Shown one piece after another: positions 23,100-35,255 of a DNA stretch of 64,000 nucleotides (its first letter is position 1; the number at the start of each line of letters is the position of its first letter). This DNA is from Tubulanus polymorphus (lineage: Eukaryota; Animalia; Nemertea). Location: contig NC_134035.1 of assembly GCF_964204645.1 (NCBI RefSeq), positions 9,270,451 to 9,334,450 on the forward strand, given 5' to 3'. A program made the position numbers and the translations under genes. Under the pieces are notes generated by a model, which was given only the letters and a program-made list of their open reading frames with translations, ran no database searches and was not told the DNA's origin.

Positions 23100-26000
23100 T
23101 ATTCAATTAGAATTTATCGCAATAATTCCATCTATATTAAGTTACCTTTTATGATTGCTGGGTTCGTTATTGGCGTGGATCATCTAAGTTGATTGGTTGA
23201 TGATTTTTATTCTAGTTGGCTGTGCGCTGTTCCAGTTGGTCGATTTTGGACTAGTAGTTGATCTCAAGCTGGGTTTTCTATATAGTTGAAATTTAGCTGC
23301 AATGATTAAAAGAAGTTATCCTGTAATGACAAGTTTTTTCAATGAGAATTTATCGCAATAATTCCATCTATATTAAGTTACCTTTTATGATTGCCGGGTT
23401 CATTATCGGCGAGGGTCTCCTATGTTGGTTGTCTAATTTTACATATTTTTTTCAAATAACTTTTTTTCTGCCTAATTTAATACATTGAGATTTTGGAAAT
23501 AACTATATTTTACAATATTTGGTTATTTTTTCATGTAAATAGTCCGAAAATTTACAAGGTTGAATAATTTTGTCTAAGTTTTTTACATTTCATGGGTCTT
23601 TTTTTTCATGTAAATAGTCCGAAAGTTTACAAGGTTTAAAAATTTCGTCTAACTTTAATTTTTTTGGTCGTTTTCACCGTTCGAATAGTCGAAGCACATA
23701 AGCGATTGATTGGGGTTAACTTTTTTTCTGCTAATTTAATACATTGAGATTTTTGAAATAACTATATTTTACAATATCTGGTCTTTTTTTATGTAAATAG
23801 TCCGAAAGTTTACAAGGTTGAAAAATTTTGTCTATTTTTATATTCAAAATCAGAAATCAAAGTACAGATATAGTTGTGTGATCGGGGTCGATTTTACATA
23901 AATTTTGTTTTCTTAAAAACCAAGCACATAATTGGAAAATCCGGTTCCGGTTCATTCAATTAATCTTCCAACCAGTCTGAACCGGCAGGCGACTGATTGG
24001 GGTCAATTAAGTTGACTGCCTATTTTAATACATCAAGATTTGGAATATCTATATCACAAGGTTGAAGATCACTTTGTACATTTTATGACTAGTTGATGAA
24101 TAGTATAGCTGAAAAAAGAGCAAAATCTTGTGAGCAGAAAATCCTTTCGAATATCACTGATCATGATTAACATGTCAATTCATGCATATATATATATATA
24201 TATAAGATCAGCAATGTGGACCGGAAAGTAGATTTTGATAATAGTCAATTATTAAACAATTCAAGTAATTAATCTATTCATTCTAGATATCTGATATTGA
24301 TTATTATAGTTTAACAACAATTCGGGTAAAGCATCTCTAGCTATCTTGAGGAATACCAGAGTTACAGCAAATTTAATAATGCATAATAAATCTGTTCAAA
24401 TTTTTTTTGTACTGTAGTTTCTCTTCTTCTATCTTCAGAAATTCTTGATGTTTTTCTTCCATGGGTGCTAAACACCCAGCGGCCAGTAGACTTTTATTAA
24501 AACCCAGGCCCATCATATAATGCAAACTTGCTAGTAATATTGCCCCCTATATACATTTCGATTGTCAGCTTAACCATGTTCATATTATCAAATTAACTTT
24601 ATCGTCAATTAATAAACTTTTAGAGATATGTTTTCTACCCACAGATGGTGACATCTGTGCCCAGTGAATCGTATTCTCATAAATTTCAGTAATTCTAAAT
24701 ATTGCACGTAAAATATATACAATGATCTTGTAATTATGATAATATAACTAACTAGAGTGAGTGCGCTGCCAGCATTGAGCACACTGATCCTATAAGCAAC
24801 ATGGTTCTACAGATTTAAGAAACCTTGAATCATCCCCACACCTTGACAAATCCAGAATTCTGCAAAGCCTTAATGATTTAATTAATCCAACGCACACGAG
24901 ACAGAGTTAAAACACACCCTGTATAGGGTATAGGCCTAAACCAATAGTTAATTATACAGTTGTCTTATCAACCCATATGGTTTGGATTTGAGCACTTTTA
25001 CCTTATATGAAGATGCTGAGTTAATCTTTATCGTAGATACCTAATAAATCAATTATGTCCTAGCTATAATTAAAATTGTCTCGGACGATAATTTATTTGG
25101 GGCTTGAAATTTCTACACGAGAAGAATTTCAGATCCGGTATAAATTTGAATTCATCATTATTTCAACTGCTAATTTTGCATCAGAGCTTTTGATACCTAG
25201 CTTAACGAACCCAGAATTCCCCAAAACCTTACTGATTCAACAGATCCCTCACACATGTGGCCCAGTTAGACACAGACAACATTGCACGATACAGTTGTCT
25301 CATCCACTGCGCTATTTTCTAAATAATTTTCACTTAAATTCATTATATTGAATTAATTTTAACTAATTATATACATATCTAAGCGATCCGTTAATTAGTC
25401 ATCATACTAGCTACGTACATCTTAATTCAGTCAACAATATTAATATTTATATGGAGCCTGAAAATCTACACGAGTAGAATTTCAGATGTGGTGAATTCAT
25501 CACTATTTGAATTCATCAGAAATTAAGATAAAAGCACATTTTTAGTGGTAAATTAGAAATTCCCTTATAGCCGAATTGCTTTGTAATCTTTAGTTCTTTT
25601 ATATCTTTTACAGTACACTGTGTATAAGGATCGAAAGACCTTGTTATGACCGGACCTCCCTGGTGCGGTGCAAGACATGATGCTGGAATATAGTTTGAAG
25701 GAGAGGGGTTAGTAAAAGAGAGCTATCAGCAAGAGGAATAAGACCTAAGTTAAGGATATCCTGTCAGATTAAGGCTCTCAATCTGACATACACAGTGAAA
25801 CTGAAATATTCTCCCTTCCAAATTCAGGAATGAATTTTTGCATGTACAGATTTGTTATATCTCCCTTCGATCAGAAGTAAATCTGCGTTAAATGAATTTG
25901 GCAATACGTATCAAAACTTATACAGCTGTATGACGACACAATAGGTTCACTTTAGATACAGATAAATAATTAATTTGCTCAGATACACATGTATCAGCTA

Positions 26001-29000
26001 CATTTTAAATGTCAATGGACTTGAATCAAAAATAATTTCAAATAACAATTGAATTAACCTTAATTGTAGATATCTAAGTAATATGTAATTCATCTAAGCT
26101 ATATTCTAATTGTCAGTTAATAAACTATATCTATTATGCGTCACTTGACACACAGTAGGCCTATGGCTTTTAGATATCATTTGAATCAGTAAGGTTTTGG
26201 TAAATTTTGGCAATATTGAAGAGCACGACCAGTCGCCGTAAGTGCGGCAGTTGGAAATATAAATACTGATCAGTCGATGAGACTGATTCACTTATTATAT
26301 AGATATGCTCAAATATACATATATCAGCGATATCTCAATTGTCAGTTTAATGATATTTATAATGGACCTGTATCACATATAAATTATTTCATACATAGCA
26401 TATAAATAGTTTTTGATCTTACATGAAATATTAAATTCATCTTAATTGTGGATATCTAAGCCATTGGTTAATGAGCAATTTTTCCTAGCTATATATATGA
26501 TGATTGTCAGTTAAACAATAATCATAGCCCAAAACAAGGCACAGAGTATTGCTGTGGGGAATGATTTGGATTAATTAAAGATTTCTTTATTCTAGATTTA
26601 TCAAAGTGCTGAAACCTAATCACAGTTTCTAAAAAGACCCGCAGTCCATAGTTTTCCCCATATATATTACACCAGATCTCGATAGAGCCCTAGACAATAT
26701 TTTATACATCTTTCCCCCAGAAATTCATTAATGTAATGGGTAAAGCAGCATATAATATATACTGTAAAGTGCCCGAATGTTTATAAATGACATATGTATC
26801 AATATATTATTTGTAAAAAAATCTATTAACCGACGATAAAGTTTAATTGATGTATATCTTTACTAGTAAAGCCAGCCTAATGGGGCCCTAAAATATCTAC
26901 ACCTGAAGAATTTCTCGTCAAACATTATAAGATACTGAATGATTGCTAGTATCTAAGCGATTGGTTAATTAGTAAATTGTCCTATCTATATCTTGATTGT
27001 CAGTTAAACAAGCCATATGAGGCCTGACATATCTACGGTATATTCGGAAAATTTCACATAAGATATTGAATTTACCTTACAAATTACCTGTACATACTTA
27101 AAAAATCTTTTAATCAATAACTGACCAATCTACCTTTAATTATCAGACCAAAGAATATTCCAGGGACCTCACTCAATCATTTCGTCTAATATTGTAAATA
27201 TTCAAGCAATCATTGCCCTAGCTATATTTCAATAAACTTTTAACAATATACCGGCCATAGAGCTTCAATAAAGTAGTGCGGAGATCAGCGTCTGTATCCT
27301 CACCAGTGCCTATGCATTCTACCCCGGATATGAACAAGAAAATTAATTTTAGAAAATTATTTGACGCCTGCGAAAAAAATGTATAATTTCTGGGCTAAGC
27401 TCATGTGGAATTGCAAATTTGAAATCGATGTTTTAAGAAATTTGGGGAATAATGAGATTTGGCGATTGGGTAGATGATACAGCGGGTCTTCGACTCTAGT
27501 AGTGGTTTAAATATTTTTATTGAAAATTCTCAATAATTGATCGCGAACTTGCGACCGACTTCATTTACTTATGCCTCTTAGCTGGTCTGCAACTTCATTG
27601 CCTCCATGGTTGAAGAACGAGCTCTTCTGATGTCTGCTTCATCATGACTTCGAGCATATCGTGTGGCCTAGCCAGCCGGCCCGGGCCACGGGTTTGGCTG
27701 TCACTCGATATCCTAGAGTCTTGAGTCTGGGTGGGTTGAAGTAGACATTGTCATTTAAAATAACATGCTTATGTTGTTCTGTATGAATTACCCGTGTGTC
27801 ATGTATGTTGTATTAATTTATTTTAAAATTTGTATTTATTGAATTTGGGAATTTTATCCCGAAATTTCAATGTAATAAGGATCAATAAAGAATTGAATTG
27901 AGTTGTCACCTAATACACATGCCATCAGAGGACGCGGGACCATATATGATAGCTATGCTATTATAAATTGCTAATCTCACGAAACCTGCATACTCCTGAT
28001 ATCAAACATATTTTCTAAAAAAGTTTGAATATTGGAATTATATGTTTACACATTTTCATATTGACCGCTTGTAGCCGCTGATGAAATTCACGCCGGCCCT
28101 ACACACATCGTAGATAGTTCGTCATTCCACTGGCATGCCCACGTCAGGGTCTGACTTTTATATCAGACTTCCAAATCGTGTATACATCCGCCCTTTAACC
28201 GAATAATCCGATTTACTTATCATTTCTATTTATGCCTGCCCCTTCTGATATAATCATACATCCTTTACTATTACAATACATCTTCTTATGATATTCAATG
28301 CAATATAACATTTCGACGTTCAAATATAGGTCATTATATAATCAAAGGAAGCCATTCTACATCTATGTCAATAATATTTTGCCAGATAGCTTATTTGTGT
28401 ACACATAGACCTGTGACGTTTTGCACATCGATTTACGGCTGTCGTTTGTAAAATGACGCTGAATGGTTAACATTGTTTAGGTTTCATAATGGTAACGTTT
28501 TATAAGGCGTCAAAAAATGAACTTAGCTTTATGTATGTATGCATTCCTGTTGCCATGCAGGATGAGACTGCCAGGTTTGGCTGCTCAGGTCTTTCGGAGT
28601 TTGGTTCATTCAACGTGGAGTCTTTTGTGGGCACTTCTAGTGGGTAGATTTTAGATGGGTCTTTCCGGATTAACCTGAAATGAGTAAAAGAACGATATTC
28701 TGTAGTTACACAATCCTTTCTGTATCATACAACGTAATTTGCACATGTATCAACTGGGTTTTTCATATAGTTGAAATTTAACTGCAATGATTAAAAGAAG
28801 TTATCCTGTAATGACAAGTTTTTTCAATGAGAATTTATCGCAATAATTCCATCTATATTAAGTAACCTTTTATGATTGCTGGGTTCGTTATTGGCGTGGA
28901 TCATCTACGGGTAAGTTGATCGGTTGATGATTTGATTCTAGTTGGCTGTGCACTGTTCCAGTTGGTCGATTTTGGACGAGTAGTTGATCTCAAGCTGGGT

Positions 29001-32000
29001 TTTTCATATAGTTGAAATTTAGCTGCAATGATTAAAAGAAGTTATCCTGTTATGACAAGTTTTTTCAATTAGAATTTATCGCAATAATTCCATCTATATT
29101 AAGTAACCTTTTATGATTGCCGGGTTCATTATCGGCGAGGGTCTCCTATGTTGGTTGTCTAATTTTACATATTTTTTTCATATAACTTTTTTTCTGTCTA
29201 ATTTAATACATTGAGATTTTGGAAATAACTATATTTTACAAAATTTGGTTATTTTTTCATGTAAATAGTCCGAAAGTTTACAAGGTTGAATAATTTTGTC
29301 TAAGTTTTTTACATTTCATGGGTCTTTTTTTCATGTAAATAGTCCGAAAGTTTACAAGGTTGAAAAATTTTGTCTAGTTTTATATTCAAAATCAGAAATC
29401 AAAGTACAGATATAGTTGTGTGATCGGGGGGGGGGGGGGGGGGGGGGGGGTCGATTTTACATAAATTTTGTCTTCTTTAAAACCAAGCACATAATTGGAA
29501 ATCCGGTTCCGGTTCATTCAATTAATCTTCCAACCAGTCTGAACCGGCAGGCGACTGATTGGGGTCAATTAAGTTGACTGCCTATTTTAATACATCAAGA
29601 TTTGGAATATCTATATTACAAGGTTGAAGATCACTTTGTACATTTTATGACTAGTTGATGAATAGTATAGCTGAAAAAAAGAGCAAAATCTTGTGAGCAG
29701 AAAATCCTTTCGAATATCACTGATCATGATTAACATGTCAATTCATGCATATATATATATATATATAAGATCAGCAATGTGGACCGGAAAGTAGATTTTG
29801 ATAATAGTCAATTATTAAACAATTCAAGTAATTAATCTATATTCATTCTAGATATCTGATATTGATTATTATAGTTTAACAACAATTCGGGTAAAGCATC
29901 TCTAGCTATCTTGAGGAATACCAGAGTTACAGCAAATTTAATAATGCATAATAAATCTGTTCAAATTTTTTTTGTACTGTAGTTTCTCTTCTATCTTCAG
30001 AAATTCTTGATGATTTTCTTCCATGGGTGCTAAACACCCAGCGGCCAGTAGACTTTTATTAAAACCCAGGCCCATCATATAATGCAAACTTGCTAGTAAT
30101 ATTGCCCCCTATATACATTTCAATTGTCAGCTAAACCATGTTCATATTATCAAATTAACTTTATCGTCAATTAATAAACTTTTAGAGATATGTTTTCTAC
30201 CCACAGATGGTGACATCTGTGCCCAGTGAATGGTATTCTCATCAATTTCAGTAATTCTAAATATTGCACGTAAAATATATACAATGATCTTGTAATTATG
30301 ATAATATAACTAACTAGAGTGAGTGCGCTGCCAGCATTGAGCACACTGATCCTATAAGCAACATGGTTCTACAGATTTAAGAAACCTTGAATCATCCCCA
30401 CACCTTGACAAATCCAGAATTCTGCAAAGCCTTAATGATTTAATTAATCCAACGCACACGAGACAGAGTTAAAATACACCCTGTATAGGGTATAGGCCTA
30501 AGCCAATAGTTAATTATACAGTTGTCTTATCAACCCATATGGTTTGGATTTGAGCACTTTTACCTTATATGAAGATGCTGAGTTAATCCTTATCGTAGAT
30601 ACCTAATAAATCAATTATGTCCTAGCTATAATTAAAATTGTCTCGGACGATAATTTATTTGGGGCTTGAAATTTCTACACGAGAAGAATTTCAGATCCGG
30701 TATAAATTTGAATTCATCATTATTTCAACTGCTAATTTTGCATCAGAGCTTTTGATACCTAGCTTAACGAACCCAGAATTCCCCAAAACCTTACTGATTC
30801 AACAGATCCCTCACACATGTGGCCCAGTTAGACACAGACAACATTGCACGATACAGTTGTCTCATCCACTGCGCTATTTTCTAAATAATTTTCACTTAAA
30901 TTCATTATATTGAATTAATTTTAACTAATTATATACATATCTAAGCGATCCGTTAATTAGTCATCATACTAGCTACGTACATCTTAATTCAGTCAACAAT
31001 ATTAATATTTATATGGAGCCTGAAAATCTACACGAGTAGAATTTCAGATGTGGTGAATTCATCACTATTTGAATTCATCAGAAATTAAGATAAAAGCACA
31101 TTTTTAGTGGTAAATTAGAAATTCCCTTATAGCCGAATTGCTTTGTAATCTTTAGTTCTTTTATATCTTTTACAGTACACTGTGTATAAGGATCGAAAGA
31201 CCTTGTTATGACCGGACCTCCCTGGTGCGGTGCAAGACATGATGCTGGAATATAGTTTGAAGGAGAGGGGTTAGTAAAAGAGAGCTATCAGCAAGAGGAA
31301 TAAGACCTAAGTTAAGGATATCCTGTCAGATTAAGGCTCTCAATCTGACATACACAGTGAAACTGAAATATTCTCCCTTCCAAATTCAGGAATGAATTTT
31401 TGCATGTACAGATTAGTTTTATCTCCCTTCAATCGGAAGTAAATCTGCGTTAAATGAATTTGGCAATATGTATCAAAACTTATACAGCTGTATGACGACA
31501 CAATAGGTTCACTTTAGATACAGATAAATAATTAATTTGCTCAGATACACATGTATCAGCTACATTTTAAATGTCAATGGACTTGAATTAAAAAAAAATT
31601 CACATAATTGAATTAACCTTAATTGTAGATATCTAAGTAATACGTTAATGAGTAATTCATCTAAGCTATATTCTAATTGTCAGTTAATAAACTATATCTA
31701 TTATGCGTCACTTGACACACAGTAGGCCTATGGCTTTTAGATATCATTTGAATCAGTAAGGTTTTGGTAAATTTTGGCAATATTGAAGAGCATGACCAGT
31801 CGCCGTTAGTACGGCAGTTGGAGATATAAATACTGATCAGTCGATGAGACTGATTCACTTATTATATAGATATGCTCAAATATACATATATCAGCGATAT
31901 CTCAATTGTCAGTTTAATGATATTTATAATGGACCTGTATCACATATAAATTATTTCATACATAGCATATAAATAGTTTTTGATCTTACATGAAATATTA

Positions 32001-33143
32001 AATTCATCTTAATTGTGGATATCTAAGCCATTGGTTAATGAGCAATTTTTCCTAGCTATATATATGATGATTGTCAGTTAAACAATAATCATAGCCCAAA
32101 ACAAGGCACAGAGTATGGCTGTGGGGAATGATTTGGATTAATTAAAGATTTCTTTATTCTAGATTTATCAAAGTGCTGAAACCTAATCACAGTTTCTAAA
32201 AAGACCCGCAGTCCATAGTTTTCCCCATATATATTACACCAGATCTCGATAGAGCCCTAGACAATATTTTATACATCTTTCCCCCAGGAATTCATTAATG
32301 TAATGGGTAAAGCAGCATATAATATATAGTGTAATGTGCCCGAATGTTTATAAATGACATATGTATCAATATATTATTTGTAAAAAAATCTATTAACCGA
32401 CGATAAAGTTTAATTGATGTATATCTTTACTAGTAAAGCCAGCCTAATGGGGCCCTAAAATATCTACACCTGAAGAATTTCTCGTCAAACATTATAAGAT
32501 ATTGAATGATTGCTAGTATCTAAGCGATTGGTTTAGTAAATTGTCCTATCTATATCTTGATTGTCAGTTAAACAAGCCATATGAGGCCTGACATATCTAC
32601 GGTATATTCGGAAAATTTCACATAAGATATTGAATTTACCTTAATTGTACATACTTAAAAAATCTTTTAATCAATAACTGACCAATCTACCTTTAATTAT
32701 CAGACCAAAGAATATTCCAGGGACCTCACTCAATCATTTCGTCTAATATTGTAAATATTCAAGCAATCATTGCCCTAGCTATATTTCAATTTACTTTTAA
32801 CAATATACCGGCCATAGAGCTTCAATAAAGTAGTGCGGAGATGGTGAGCTTGACCAGCGTCTGTATCTTTACCAGTGCCTATGCATTCTACCCCAGATAT
32901 GAAAAATCAACTTAGCTTCATGTAAGTATGCATTCCTGTTGCCATGCAGGATGAGACTGCCAGGTTTGGCTGCTCAGGTCTTTCGGAGTTTGGTTCATTC
33001 AACGTGGAGTCTTTTGTGGGCACTTCTAGTGGGTAGATTTTAGATGGGTCTTTCCGGATTAACCTGAAATGAGTAAAAGAACGATATTCTGAAGTTACAC
33101 AATCCTTTCTGTATCATACAACGTAATTTACACATGTATCAAC
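23100..33143. repeat. Head-to-tail duplication: copy 1 about 23100-28754 (with about 1.2 kb extra at 27335-28518), copy 2 28755-33143
   Basis: Near-identical sequence at offsets of about 5.6-5.7 kb; identical ORF translations at 25076 and 30638; 28520-28754 matches 32909-33143. Confidence 0.93.
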
Positions 33144-34060
33144 TTAACTTTCAATATTGCTGAGTTCAGTGTTCTTTTTTCGCCATCTTCTGTAGTCGCC
33201 TCCAGCATCTTCTTCTTCATCTTGGGAGTCCTGAAATGAAAAAAAAGAGAAGAGCGATGAAAACCTGGTACGGGACAAAACTAATGTCCGAAAGCTTTTC
33301 AGCTCTCCGTCGCTGGTCACATGCCCAGAACACCAGACAATGAGCCAGCCAGGAATATACTGCCCTCTACACGCCCTCACACAGAACGCGAAAACCAGGA
33401 TGACGACGCCTTACTTTCACCATTTACCGACAGGGTGTGCTGGGTGACGTCAGTAACTGACAAACCTATCAAATTGCCCAAGCCAAAAATAGGGCAGCGC
33501 AACTGGATTGCCCGGACTAGCACTCAAAGGAAGACAAGACTTAATCCCGCCCGAAGCAACCCACAGGGAATCAATGAATACTAACACTCAAAGGAAGACA
33601 GCATACGTTGAAATTCGACAGAGAAATCGGCCCTGAAAAATAAAACGGGTTAATCCCTGAAAAATAGAACGGATTAATAAAAACGGAACAACAGTACAGG
33701 ACAGCACAGAGACGAACAGTAACACATAAAACATAAAGACGTCGTTCCTCAGGAAGCAGGAACAGGAGCAGGAGCGGGAGCGCAGCGAAAATCGCCAGGA
33801 GGAGAATCCACGGTAACAGCATGTTCACAGTGTGAGTGTGCAGAGGTGAATGGCCTATGCTTGTACTACACTGTGGTCAGCCGGTGACGTATTCAATAGG
33901 GCATGTGAATGCTATCAACAACTCTGAAAAACCGCTATTGTGTCTCTATTGTTGAATGGATTTACCTTGAATACGCGCCAGTAGCCAGCCGAACCTATCG
34001 AGGAACTTTAAGGCCATATAGAATAAATTACTTGATTCTCGACTCTAGAATTTAGCGCCG

Positions 34061-34609
34061 CCTAATGTCTATTTATTAATTGATGAGACCTGTTTTTCTT
34101 GGATATTTTGCTTACTTTTTGGGGTACATACCTCATTTATGTCTTAACAGAATGCCAAAAATCGCGGACAACAACTGAATATCCGATATATTTCCAGATC
34201 TGTACCAATTAGATGGATTGGCAAAAAGACTCCTTAAGTCCAATTGAATGAGAGAGAAAATCCTCCATTTTGTCAAATTTCTTGAATTTTTACATTGTCA
34301 CCATGCCTACAAAATGAAGTTATTTTTCTTGTGGGGTCTCAACAACTAAATCAGGGTGGCGTAGGCATGGTAACAATGTTCAAATCCAAGAAATTTGACA
34401 AAATGGAAGATTTTCTCTCTCATTCAACTGGACTTAAGGAGTCTTTTTGCCAATCCATCTAATTGGTACAGAACTGGAAATATATCGGATATTCAGTTGT
34501 TGTCCGCGATTTTTGGCATTCTGTTAAGACATAAATGAGGTATGTACCCCAAAAAGTAAGCAAAATATCCCAGAAAAACAGGTCTCATCAATTAATAAAT
34601 AGACATTAG
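34061..34609. repeat. Long inverted repeat: arms of about 250 bp, spacer of about 50 bp
   Basis: CTAATGTCTATTTATTAATTGATGAGACC...CCATGCCTAC (34061-34310) is the near-perfect reverse complement of GTAGGCATGG...TAGACATTAG (34361-34609). Confidence 0.93.
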
Positions 34610-35255
34610 TCTTTTTCAGTCTGTTGCGGTCGGCTCCAGTCAGACGGCTCCGGTCGTGCTCTTCGAGCGTCAGTCGATCGTTCGTCTGGGGTCTTAACCT
34701 GCTGAAATGAAAGCATGAAACCGAGTTCGATTTAAAAGGTTACAGTCCTCAAATAATAAATACAGAATTAAATAAACGTTGAACGCTGGAGTCCAGACTT
34801 TTTGAAATAATTAATATTTTTTAAAGTGGGACAGACATGCGCGCTTTTTATCCTGCGCTCGCGCTCCCTCGTTCGTTTTCGACCCTGGCAGGCGAGCATG
34901 AATTTAGTTCACTGGTTTACCGCCAACGTTATGCCTAGGAGCAGCACCTGACGGTAGACAGCCGCTATTCCAATGCGGTATGCGAGTGAGAAGCCAATTT
35001 TCAACTTTCACAATTTTTCATACATTATTCAACCCTACTTTGTTTTCAACCTATAATTCCATCAACTCATTACCTTAATTTATGGAGAATCCGGGTTTGA
35101 GGTCTATACGATAAATTTGTCGCCCCTGGGAAGCGAGTTTCTGACTGTGGCATGTGAGGTCAAACGTGGTCTGAAGGTCGTAGAATAAATTTAGTAAATA
35201 GTAAATAAACATTTGCCGTAAATTTGCTAAGTTTGCCGATTGAAGCACGCTGAAA

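Larger units (their letters stand above)
21440..23410. repeat. Tandem array of about 235-bp units (about 5.5 copies), interrupted twice by a MITE; about 1.6 more units at 28755-29135
   Basis: Recurring CGCAATAATTCCATCTATATTAAG...GTTCCAGTTGGTCGATTTTGG...GAAATTTAGCTGCAATGA; spacing 22281 to 22516 is 235 bp. Confidence 0.92.

Noticed and set aside
25076-31858. Duplicated 91-aa and 61-aa ORFs
   Set aside because: They have non-ATG starts and no recognisable motifs; their identity reflects the recent duplication.
15800-34900. One giant transposon spanning the gene-poor interval
   Set aside because: Similar motifs near 16238/34821 and 15870/34935 are in direct orientation, and no transposase, matching TIR pair or target duplication was found.
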